DNA of 64,000 nucleotides, taken from assembly GCA_964648105.1 (NCBI GenBank), contig CAZYMH010000001.1:15999-79998 (forward strand). The letters are read 5' to 3'. A model generated the notes under the pieces. The model was given only the letters and a program-made list of their open reading frames with translations. It did not search any database and was not told the origin of the DNA. The translations under genes were made by a program, and so were the position numbers. Source of the DNA: an uncultured Candidatus Saccharibacteria bacterium. GTDB taxonomy: Bacteria; Patescibacteriota; Saccharimonadia; Saccharimonadales; 2-12-FULL-41-12. Of this stretch, positions 39,678 to 48,324 are shown piece by piece. Positions within the stretch are counted from its first letter, which is position 1, and each line of letters begins with the position of its first letter.

Positions 39678-41336
39678 TTACTGAGAACCCTCGAATATCA
39701 CATTAATTTTCTTCTGATTATTTGGTACGGTAAAGTTCCAAAATGGTGAAGTGTCAATTTTTACATCTTTGATACTCGGTCGATTGCGAATTGCTTGCTC
39801 AGCTTTGCCTCGTTTTAGACCAGCCACTAACTTTTTGATATCATCTTGATCAATGTCTGGGCCTGCCACGACAGTAGTTTTCAGATTTACTTCTGTACGT
39901 GTGCCGTTTTTGTTGCCCAGTGCATAAACTGCCTTAGCTAATCCATCGTCTAAGATTACTTGCTTGTTAGTATCGATACCCGCCTCACTAACGGCTTTGT
40001 TGCTAATTAATTTATGCAGGTCATCTTTTTTGATACCAATCATCGTATAAGTGATAGTTTGGCTAACACTTACCTCACTAGCTTCGGTGTCGATTCCAGG
40101 TGATGGTTCGGCTGGAGAGGCGGTAGTTTCGATACTTGGAAGGATTGGCACATAGCCAGCAGCAACTAATATTGCTTTTAATTCTTCGCTACTAGCCGCT
40201 TTTTTGTCGCTAACTTTAGATTTTGCTGTTTGAATGTCGTTGGCGGTTACCACCTTGACGATTTGATTAGTGCCGCCACTCATAGCACTACCACTAGCGT
40301 TTACGGCTGGATTGCCTGCAACAGTATAGTTAGTTTTATCTATATTGTATTGTTCGCCAGGGTTTTGAGCAATAACGCTAACATCGGTGGTTGGCGATTT
40401 GCAAGTACCACCACCTGAAAATTGGCTTGGGTCGAGCGTTACGCTTGTTTGAGTAATATAGGTTAAGCCGTTGGCACTGACTCCACTGCCTGCTGGAATA
40501 GTCACATCATTATCGCTTTTGGTGCAATTCCTTAGAGTTACTTTACCAGAAGCTTTGTTGCCTTTATTTACTTGACCAGTAGTTGGAACTTTTACTGCCT
40601 CAGTTTTTTTGACTTCTTTTTGAGTCGAGGGGACAATTTTATTTTTTTCGTCAAGACTAGTCGCCGCCGTATCAGCAATTACGACTGTATCGATGTTTTT
40701 TACCTGCGTGTCGCCTTTGATCGTAATTTTTGCTTTAGGAGCAACTACCATGCCCCAATAGATAAATCCGATCAACAAAATTAGTCCCAAAACTCCAAAT
40801 ACCAAACCTTTACGAAAACGATTAAAATTCGGGACCTTCATATTTGATTTAGGTAATTTTACTTTCGGTTTTTTGGCTAGTGCAGCAGATGCAACCGCTG
40901 CTTTTGGCGACTTAGACTTACCCTTAGTAGACTCGTTAGCAGTCTTTGGTTCACTTGCTACCTGTTCAGAAGTCTCATTATCGACCGTCTGGGTAACTTC
41001 ATTATCTACTTCTATTGCCTCTTCGCTTGCAGTCGAACCTAGGTCGCTAACCTCTGGTACTTCAGGTAAATAAGGCTTAGATTTTAGATCTTTTGCCACA
41101 TACAAATTACTAACGCCTGCCATCGATATAACACTTGAATTAGACGTTATTAAGACTGGTTTTTTACTAGCTGCGTCGGCTGCTCTTTTGAGTAATTTCA
41201 GATTGACCAGTGATTGAAAAACAGGTGCATTTTTAGGCAAGACTAGGGCAATAATCGTCTCATCACAAGAGCGAAGCTTGTCGATTATGCCTGTGATTTC
41301 TTCGTCAATATCAATATAAAGTGTTTTTGGCTTCAT
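39678..41336 (-). CDS. hypothetical bitopic membrane protein translationally coupled to ftsA
   Basis: 552 aa: a ~110-aa N-terminal cytoplasmic domain, a charged linker, one TM helix (VFGVLGLILLIGFIYWGMVV) and a ~345-aa T/S/V-rich external domain. It overlaps ftsA by 4 nt. Its stop lies 1 nt before the ruvX start. Confidence 0.6.
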   Translation of the reverse strand: MKPKTLYIDIDEEITGIIDKLRSCDETIIALVLPKNAPVFQSLVNLKLLKRAADAASKKPVLITSNSSVISMAGVSNLYVAKDLKSKPYLPEVPEVSDLGSTASEEAIEVDNEVTQTVDNETSEQVASEPKTANESTKGKSKSPKAAVASAALAKKPKVKLPKSNMKVPNFNRFRKGLVFGVLGLILLIGFIYWGMVVAPKAKITIKGDTQVKNIDTVVIADTAATSLDEKNKIVPSTQKEVKKTEAVKVPTTGQVNKGNKASGKVTLRNCTKSDNDVTIPAGSGVSANGLTYITQTSVTLDPSQFSGGGTCKSPTTDVSVIAQNPGEQYNIDKTNYTVAGNPAVNASGSAMSGGTNQIVKVVTANDIQTAKSKVSDKKAASSEELKAILVAAGYVPILPSIETTASPAEPSPGIDTEASEVSVSQTITYTMIGIKKDDLHKLISNKAVSEAGIDTNKQVILDDGLAKAVYALGNKNGTRTEVNLKTTVVAGPDIDQDDIKKLVAGLKRGKAEQAIRNRPSIKDVKIDTSPFWNFTVPNNQKKINVIFEGSQ

Positions 41337-42631
41337 ACTCGTAATAGTTTATCAAATTTATCTTTAATATTTACACTAGCATTGGGTTCAGAGTCTTGAG
41401 ACACTGTGTCCAAACCGACTCTTAATAAACCCATGGCCGTGACAAAGGTATGATCAAGTAATTCGCTAGCTGTTTGGTCGTTGATGCCAGCCACTTGATC
41501 AGGCGTAATAAACGAGATAACTGGTTTTTTGGTGAAGGCCACGTCGTGATACCAATTAGTCTCTTCTAATGTATGCTTGATGTTCTCGAGACTTGAGCCA
41601 CCACCACATAATAAAATCCGATTTGGAATATTATCGAGGTTTGTGAATTCACTGAGAGCTAGTTCTACACCAGATGCCCAAACATCACATGTTTTATCTA
41701 GAGCAGTCTGAACTTCTTCGGAAAGAATATTTACTTTACCCTCACCGAGTTTGGTTGCTTCGGCTTCTTCGAAGCTAATACCTAACTCTTTTTCGATTGA
41801 TTTTGTATAAGCTCGTCCGCCTATTCCAAACATTTTTGTGCCTTGAACTCCGCCATCATTAATTACGGCAATATCGGTTGTGCCACCACCTACGTCCATC
41901 AGTACTGCACTCATCGTGGCATTAGGGTCATCACCAATCACCGACCGTGCAACTGCAAATGGCTCAGCCGCAACTGCCAACAAATCTAGATCAAGTTCTT
42001 TGGCTACTCGCTCAAGAGCAGCGATATGAATTAAGGGAGCAAAAGCTGTATATAACTGGACCAATACATCGCGACCCTTAAAACCAATCGGATTAGTCAC
42101 TTTATAACCATCGATTGTTATACCTACCAACGCACTGTTAACTAGTCTTACCTCGGGAGCTTTGCCGCCCAGTTCGATACTCAAATTTTTGCGGGCAACT
42201 TGGCCTGCTCTTTCTTGAACTAAACTAATTATGTACTCCATCTCGTCGACATCGATGTCTTTTTCAGGATTTTTGCGACTGCAACGGACAGCTGTAGTAG
42301 TACCCTTGACAAGTTCGCCAGCGATACCAATTACTGCCGTACGTACACTCACGCCAGCTTGTTGCTCGGCTTCGGCTAAAGCATCGGCACAGTTAGCTAC
42401 CACAGCACCGATATCAGCTATGGCACCCGCTTGCATGTCAGACAATTCTTGGTGTTTGCGGCCAATCCCGACAATTTCTAATTTGTCCCCATTAATTTTG
42501 GCGATTAAAGCTTTGACATATTCCGTACCAATATCTAATCCGACAATATATTTATCGGTGTTGACAGATTGACGCAAATTGTTGGTCTTAGCCAATAAAT
42601 TATTACTAGCATTCTTTATTTTACTAAGCAT
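41333..42631 (-). CDS. ftsA: cell division protein FtsA (actin-like ATPase)
   Basis: 432 aa with VGLDIGTEYVKALIA (phosphate 1), LMDVGGGTTDIAV (phosphate 2), LCGGGSSL (adenosine) and a C-terminal amphipathic tail KDKFDKLLRV. Confidence 0.8.
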   Translation of the reverse strand: MLSKIKNASNNLLAKTNNLRQSVNTDKYIVGLDIGTEYVKALIAKINGDKLEIVGIGRKHQELSDMQAGAIADIGAVVANCADALAEAEQQAGVSVRTAVIGIAGELVKGTTTAVRCSRKNPEKDIDVDEMEYIISLVQERAGQVARKNLSIELGGKAPEVRLVNSALVGITIDGYKVTNPIGFKGRDVLVQLYTAFAPLIHIAALERVAKELDLDLLAVAAEPFAVARSVIGDDPNATMSAVLMDVGGGTTDIAVINDGGVQGTKMFGIGGRAYTKSIEKELGISFEEAEATKLGEGKVNILSEEVQTALDKTCDVWASGVELALSEFTNLDNIPNRILLCGGGSSLENIKHTLEETNWYHDVAFTKKPVISFITPDQVAGINDQTASELLDHTFVTAMGLLRVGLDTVSQDSEPNASVNIKDKFDKLLRV

Positions 42632-42687
42632 AAGTAGTTACTATTATACCACGCCAAGTTGCTACAATCGGTGACTAAAAGTATGAA

Positions 42688-44205
42688 TTAGGAGACTAAG
42701 TTATAGACCACAACATTGTCGTTTCTGAGCGGTTGATTTGTGCTAGGAAAAAAGCAAACTGCCGCGAATTTTTGTGATGATAAACCTGTTAAATTACTAA
42801 ACCAAGCACGAATAGTATCTAAACTGGCTTGAGTAATGTTAGGGTCAGCATTTTTTGGTAGATCTCTCAAGTCGTAAAAAGCTGACAAAGGATATAGTCC
42901 TGTCGCTTTTATATTTGGATTATTTGGGTCGTTTGACTTGACGATACTTAGAGCTTTTTCGAGTGGTGATTTAAAGAAGGCCGCACCCCCACTAGCTCCT
43001 GGTGAGCAAACAGCGTTAGCTGAATTCTCACTCCTTATTCCGACCATTGTCGTTATAATTGGTGATTTATCGCCTCTGGTCATTAATATATTGTTTTTAA
43101 GCACTTCGCCTTCGATTAATTGTTGTTTGATTTCGCCTTGGTTATTTGGTTGGCGGAGCGGATAACCAGTGATCGTCACAGCTGTGCCAACAGGCTGAGC
43201 TTGGTTGGTCATCGATTGATTAATCGCCTCCATCGATGATTGTAAAGATACGCCTTTTGGTACCAAATATAAGGCATCATTAGGGTCAGGACCATTTGGC
43301 GAAATCATTCTGTCGACAGTAGTGACAAATTGTTTTTTATCTAAGGAATCACCATTATAAATTTGCAGTGAGCGTAGCGAACTTTGGTTCCCGGAAATGT
43401 TTCCTTTGCCGCAATGATCAGCAGTTCTGATAGCCGCAATTTTGCCATTATTATCCCTAACCACCGAGCCACTGCATCCCGAAAACTCAACATACACGGA
43501 GTTGGCCTTGATAATTGTGTTATAGGCCTCGGGTAGATTAAATGGCGTTTCTGGGTTGGGCGGCTGATTTGGTGGATTATCGATAATCGGTGGTTCGGGT
43601 GATGGCACAACAGGCGGAACAGTATTTTGATTGGACGGAGGTATGGGTGTCTCGATTGGGTTGGTTGGGCGGGTTAGAGTTGTCGATGATTTTTTGATAA
43701 TTCGCTGTTTAATATACACCCAGGCTTTGGGATTTTTCGGGTCGCCAATAATTTTTGCACCAGGCTTTAACGAGCTAAAGATTAGTTTTTTGGTTTTGGG
43801 GTTGATGGTTTTTTTATAAAACCCGACTACTTCTTGACTTACTTGCTCATCTGGATTCAACTTGCTCGGTGTTATCCCACCGAATTTTAATCCATGATTT
43901 TTGAGATCTTGCTTAGCTCGAGTTACAGTTATACTTTTGCCGTTAACAATAAATTTTGGCACTTTGTAGTCTGGCTTAGCAGCCATCTCATGGACTGCCT
44001 TAGAATTATCATTTGGATTGATAGGTAACTCACTGTCAGGTTTGGTTGCAGCATAAGTACTATCAATCATTTCACTTGTGCCAACTAAGCCACCGAGTGC
44101 TAATGCAGCCATAGCTCCAGCCACAGATTTCTTAAAATTATTGCTTCGATCTTCGTGATTGTTCAGGTTAAATTCTGAGTGATTGAGCGGAGGTGTATTT
44201 TCCAT
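42688..44205 (-). CDS. membrane-anchored/secreted trypsin-like (S1 fold) serine protease with Pro-rich linker
   Basis: 505 aa with an N-terminal hydrophobic segment (AGAMAALALGGLVG) and a P-rich linker (PIETPIPPSNQNTVPPVVPSPEPPIIDNPPNQPPNPETP). The C-terminal domain has TADHCG (His) and CSPGASGGAAF (GxSGG Ser). Confidence 0.6.
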   Translation of the reverse strand: MENTPPLNHSEFNLNNHEDRSNNFKKSVAGAMAALALGGLVGTSEMIDSTYAATKPDSELPINPNDNSKAVHEMAAKPDYKVPKFIVNGKSITVTRAKQDLKNHGLKFGGITPSKLNPDEQVSQEVVGFYKKTINPKTKKLIFSSLKPGAKIIGDPKNPKAWVYIKQRIIKKSSTTLTRPTNPIETPIPPSNQNTVPPVVPSPEPPIIDNPPNQPPNPETPFNLPEAYNTIIKANSVYVEFSGCSGSVVRDNNGKIAAIRTADHCGKGNISGNQSSLRSLQIYNGDSLDKKQFVTTVDRMISPNGPDPNDALYLVPKGVSLQSSMEAINQSMTNQAQPVGTAVTITGYPLRQPNNQGEIKQQLIEGEVLKNNILMTRGDKSPIITTMVGIRSENSANAVCSPGASGGAAFFKSPLEKALSIVKSNDPNNPNIKATGLYPLSAFYDLRDLPKNADPNITQASLDTIRAWFSNLTGLSSQKFAAVCFFPSTNQPLRNDNVVVYNLVS

Positions 44206-44269
44206 AATTTTTTATTATTAGTTAGTTTATTTGATTATTATACCACTTTTGTCAAATTTACAGAGGTAT

Positions 44270-46171
44270 TTATATAAGGACGGCTTTAATTCGGCGTACT
44301 CCAGATGATGAGGCTTCTTCTTTCTTAATTTTGAACTTTTTGCCGCCAGCAGCAAGTTCATTAGTATGTCCAACATGCGGTCCGCCACAAAATTCAATTG
44401 AGTAAGCTTGGTCAAACTGTGGTTTAGTTTCTGTGGCACCACTTGGGCCAACTGAATAAACTGATACTAAACTAGGATATTTGGCACCAAATTCATGTTC
44501 GGCATTTAGTTTTTCGGCTTCTTCAAGTGGCATTTCGGAGCGAATAACTGGCAAATTTTGGTCAATTTTATCATTTACAATCTTCTCCACTTCATCAAGT
44601 TGCTCTGTTGTTACTTTTTCGGGGTGCGAAAAATCAATCCTTAATCGCTCAGCAGTTATATTGCTACCTCTTTGAAGTACATGGTCACCCAAAACATCTT
44701 TCAAGGCTCTTAGTAACAAATGATGGGCTGTATGTAACCGCGTTGTTTCGACAGAATGGTCGGCCAGTCCACCCTTAAAAACACCTTGGCCTGCCGTCCG
44801 ACTTCTATCTCGCTGTTGCTTCATTGACTCATCAAACACTTTCTGCCAATTATCTTTTAGGTCGATGTTTTGTTTGTAAGCTTCCTCGAGGCTTAGTTCT
44901 AACGGAAATCCATAAGTGTCGTGCAACATAAATAAATCTTGGCCATCCAGTCCACCCTTGCTTAGTTTTGAAAATTCACGTAAGCCCTTTTTTAATGTTT
45001 CGCGGAATAATTTCTCTTCTCTAACCAAAATTTTAATAATATCAGCTTCGGCTTTTTTAAATTCTGGGTAGCCAGACTGATAAATATCAATCACGTTTTT
45101 AGCAATCGCATCACAGATCTCTTGTTCAATTCCTAGTTCGAATGCAAACCTAATCGCTCGCCGCATTAGCCGCCGCATGACATAGCCTTGCTCTTTGTTG
45201 CTTGGCTCTACGCCATTGCCAGCCAAAAATACAGCCCCACGAAAATGGTCGGTGATTACCCGCATACTAGCTTGATGAGCATCGTAATGTTTGCCACTCA
45301 ACACCTGTAATTGCTCTATAATTGGATACAGCAAGCTAGTTCGATAAACATCTGGACTATCAATCGCAGCCGCCGCAATTCGCTCCAAGCCACCACCAAA
45401 ATCAACATTTTGCTTAGGTAATTTATCGAAGCCATTGGCTGTTTTTATATATTCCATAAACACCGAATTACCTAGCTCAATATATCGGCCACAGTCACAA
45501 TTTATATGACATTTTTGACCGTAAGCTGGGTCATGTGGGACATCTGGATATAGATAAAATACTTCGGTATCTGGTCCGCCTGGCTCGCCAATCGGCATAG
45601 TATCAGCATTGCCACTACGACACCACCAGTTTTTATCCGAGTAATAAAAAATTCGGCCCATTTGTTCACCGATTTTTGCACCGTTTTCTTCTGAACCAAT
45701 TTCGACTTCTTTAGCATCTATACCTTTGTCGGCAAATAAAACTTTCCAGATTTCGGCCGACTCGTAATCTTTTGGTATGCCTGCTTTTTCGTTGCCGCTA
45801 AAGCACGACACATAGATTCTATTAGGATCGAGCTTGATTTCATCTGTTAAGAATTTCCAAAAATTTCTTATTTGCTCTAATTTGAAATAATCACCTAACG
45901 ACCAGTTACCAAGCATTTCGAAAAAGGTGGTGTGTCGATTGTCGCCGACTTCGTCGATATCTTGCGAGCGTAAACACGGCTGAGAGTCAACTAACCGCTG
46001 GCCTTCAGGGTGAGGTTCGCCCAATAAATATGGAATCAATGGTTGCATACCCGAACCAGTAAATAATGTCGATGGGTCATTTAATGGTACAAGCGGAGCT
46101 GGAGGGATAATTTTATGGTCTTTTTTTACTAAAAAATCTAAATATTTTTGGCGTATTTCTTGGGCATTCAT
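44270..46171 (-). CDS. alaS: alanine--tRNA ligase, short form lacking the C-Ala domain
   Basis: 633 aa. Class II catalytic core (RFLDFF-like N-terminus YLDFLVKKDHKII, FEMLGNWSLGDYFK). Editing-domain metal ligands HTAHHLL and CGGPHV. It ends about 40 aa after the editing domain. Confidence 0.9.
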   Translation of the reverse strand: MNAQEIRQKYLDFLVKKDHKIIPPAPLVPLNDPSTLFTGSGMQPLIPYLLGEPHPEGQRLVDSQPCLRSQDIDEVGDNRHTTFFEMLGNWSLGDYFKLEQIRNFWKFLTDEIKLDPNRIYVSCFSGNEKAGIPKDYESAEIWKVLFADKGIDAKEVEIGSEENGAKIGEQMGRIFYYSDKNWWCRSGNADTMPIGEPGGPDTEVFYLYPDVPHDPAYGQKCHINCDCGRYIELGNSVFMEYIKTANGFDKLPKQNVDFGGGLERIAAAAIDSPDVYRTSLLYPIIEQLQVLSGKHYDAHQASMRVITDHFRGAVFLAGNGVEPSNKEQGYVMRRLMRRAIRFAFELGIEQEICDAIAKNVIDIYQSGYPEFKKAEADIIKILVREEKLFRETLKKGLREFSKLSKGGLDGQDLFMLHDTYGFPLELSLEEAYKQNIDLKDNWQKVFDESMKQQRDRSRTAGQGVFKGGLADHSVETTRLHTAHHLLLRALKDVLGDHVLQRGSNITAERLRIDFSHPEKVTTEQLDEVEKIVNDKIDQNLPVIRSEMPLEEAEKLNAEHEFGAKYPSLVSVYSVGPSGATETKPQFDQAYSIEFCGGPHVGHTNELAAGGKKFKIKKEEASSSGVRRIKAVLI

Positions 46172-46200
46172 AAGATGTATTGTAGCAAGTCCAATCTGTT

Positions 46201-47268
46201 TTAGGCAATAATTCCGCCGCCTACAACCCGTTTGCCGTCATAAATTACTGCCGATTGACCGGCGGCGATTGCTCGCTCGGGGTTATCTAACTTAATTATT
46301 AATTGGTGATTATCGGCTTGTAGACGGCAACCAACTAATGGACCACGGTAGCGAAATCTAACCAGATATTTCGAATCGAAATCTGGTTGACCATTGATAT
46401 AATGAACATCGTTAACAATAATTTTGTCATGCCACAGACTTGCGTCCGATAAATTATTAGTAACGTAAACAATATTTTTGGCAATATCTTTACCAGACAC
46501 ATAATAGGGCAGTCCGCCCCCGATATTTAAGCCATGACGCTGGCCGATTGTATAAAAAATTGCCCCTTCGTGCGTGCCGATTTCAACTCCATTATTATCC
46601 AAAATTGGCCCAGATTCTGCTACAACGTATTGTTTCAGAAAATCTTTTATACCAACTTTCCCTACAAAACATATCCCTTGGCTGTCTTTTTTGTCTGCAG
46701 TATCCAAATTTCGTTCCGAGGCAGCTTGCCGAACATCATTTTTACTCGCAAAATCGCCAATTGGCATAAGTGATTTTGCTAATGCTGACTGCTCTACCCG
46801 ATAAAGAAAATATGTTTGGTCTTTCTCTAGATTATCTGCCATCTGTAGCTCGACTTGGTTTACGAATTTTTTGCTTTTTACAACTTTAGCATAATGGCCT
46901 GTCGCAATCATATCTGCTCCATTTTGGATTGCAGTATCCAAAAATAGCTTAAACTTTACTTCTTGGTTGCACATAATATCAGGGTTTGGCGTGCGACCGA
47001 GCGAATATTCTTGGATCATGTAGTCGACAACTTTTTGTTTGTACTCAGTCTGAAAATCATAGACTTCGAGCTTTATCCCTAAGCTAACTGCAACTCGCTT
47101 GGCATCTTGATAATCTTCATACCACGGGCAAATCATACCTGGCAAATCTTCAGTCCAATTTTTCATGTAGACACCACTCACGTCATAACCTTGTTCAATC
47201 AATAGACTGGCAGTCAACGAGCTGTCGACTCCACCACTCATACCAACAAATACTTTTATATTTTTCAC
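46201..47268 (-). CDS. mnmA: tRNA-specific 2-thiouridylase MnmA
   Basis: 355 aa with PP-loop VGMSGGVDSS and catalytic cysteines in NPDIMCN and DSQGICF. Confidence 0.95.
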   Translation of the reverse strand: MKNIKVFVGMSGGVDSSLTASLLIEQGYDVSGVYMKNWTEDLPGMICPWYEDYQDAKRVAVSLGIKLEVYDFQTEYKQKVVDYMIQEYSLGRTPNPDIMCNQEVKFKLFLDTAIQNGADMIATGHYAKVVKSKKFVNQVELQMADNLEKDQTYFLYRVEQSALAKSLMPIGDFASKNDVRQAASERNLDTADKKDSQGICFVGKVGIKDFLKQYVVAESGPILDNNGVEIGTHEGAIFYTIGQRHGLNIGGGLPYYVSGKDIAKNIVYVTNNLSDASLWHDKIIVNDVHYINGQPDFDSKYLVRFRYRGPLVGCRLQADNHQLIIKLDNPERAIAAGQSAVIYDGKRVVGGGIIA

Positions 47269-47315
47269 TTCAACATCTACATTATATCAGAGTAAAAGTA
47301 GAGAGAGACAGTTTG

Positions 47316-48215
47316 TTAGTTTTCGTTACGAGCTTCTAAACGTTTACGTAGAGCTTTTAGCTCGTATTTTCGGCCTATGTAGAATGTCGAAATAATCAAC
47401 GGGATTGCTACAGCAGCAGGTATCCATAATATTTTAGTTTTCTCTTGAGTTTTTTGATTTTGTTGGTCGGTTGTTGCCTTGGAGGCATCGGCAGCCGACT
47501 GCGACACAGGTCCGTTAGCTACTGCGACTAATTGCAAGAATGCTACCGCTCCATTTTTATCGACGGCTCTAATAATCAAGTTATAAACACCCGAATTTTG
47601 GTAGACATGTTCGATATTAATCGTACCTGCAAATTGAACACTTTTTAGTTCATCTTGCTTGCCATCACCCCAATCAATCGAGATTGCATAAGGTCCATCA
47701 CCACCAGTTAGCGTTATTGGCCAAGTTAATTTTTGACCAGGATTAGCACCTCTTTTGGCGAAACTCGAAGTTAAGGCGATTTTGGCACCAATATTTATGC
47801 CATTGACAGGAACAGTCACTCTGACTGTGGCTGAATCTGGTCCTGCTTGATCTAAATCGTCGTAGACTCTAGCTACAAGTTCATTAACTCCTGTAAACAA
47901 ATCCATCTTTATCGAAAAGCTGCCGTTATTACACTGTGATGAGCCTGCAAATACATTGTTTTTGAATAATTTAACTAGTGTATTGTTCGGGCAAATACCT
48001 GTCACGGTAATAATAGTGTCAGTTGTTGATGTGCCGTCACGTGGGAATGAAATACTGGCTGCTACAGTTGGCGGCGGCGAAGATATCTTACCCTCTAGTC
48101 CTACCGAACCAGACTCTTGAGCAGCATAAACACCGTTCGATAGTATTAGCCATGTAAATCCAGTAAATACGACTATACCTGTTGCTGCTAAGAGAATTTT
48201 ATTAGTTATTTTCAT
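47316..48215 (-). CDS. exported Ig-like / PKD-like domain protein with C-terminal TM anchor
   Basis: 299 aa with an N-terminal signal/anchor. It has an Ig-like module (ITVTGICPNNTLVKLFKNN...GVNELVARVYD), a PKD-like module (ISIDWGDGKQDE...HVYQNSGVYNLIIRAVDKNG) and a C-terminal helix with basic tail (WIPAAVAIPLIISTFYIGRKYELK). Confidence 0.65.
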   Translation of the reverse strand: MKITNKILLAATGIVVFTGFTWLILSNGVYAAQESGSVGLEGKISSPPPTVAASISFPRDGTSTTDTIITVTGICPNNTLVKLFKNNVFAGSSQCNNGSFSIKMDLFTGVNELVARVYDDLDQAGPDSATVRVTVPVNGINIGAKIALTSSFAKRGANPGQKLTWPITLTGGDGPYAISIDWGDGKQDELKSVQFAGTINIEHVYQNSGVYNLIIRAVDKNGAVAFLQLVAVANGPVSQSAADASKATTDQQNQKTQEKTKILWIPAAVAIPLIISTFYIGRKYELKALRKRLEARNEN

Positions 48216-48264
48216 TTCAAACCACTTATGTATATTTTAGCCTGTTGTTGCAAAAATATCTACT

Positions 48265-48294
48265 AAAAACCCCGAGAATTCTAACTCGGGGTTT
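48265..48294 (-). terminator. rho-independent terminator after the CscA-like gene
   Basis: 10-bp stem AAACCCCGAG (48267-48276) / CTCGGGGTTT (48285-48294). On the minus strand it is followed by UUUU (forward A-run). Confidence 0.7.
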
Positions 48295-48324
48295 AAATTT
48301 AGATTTTAGGATATTATCGATAAT

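Noticed and set aside
44227-44451. 74-aa minus-strand ORF overlapping the alaS 3' end
   Set aside because: It is an alternative frame of the alaS C-terminal region and downstream spacer. alaS homology accounts for the sequence.
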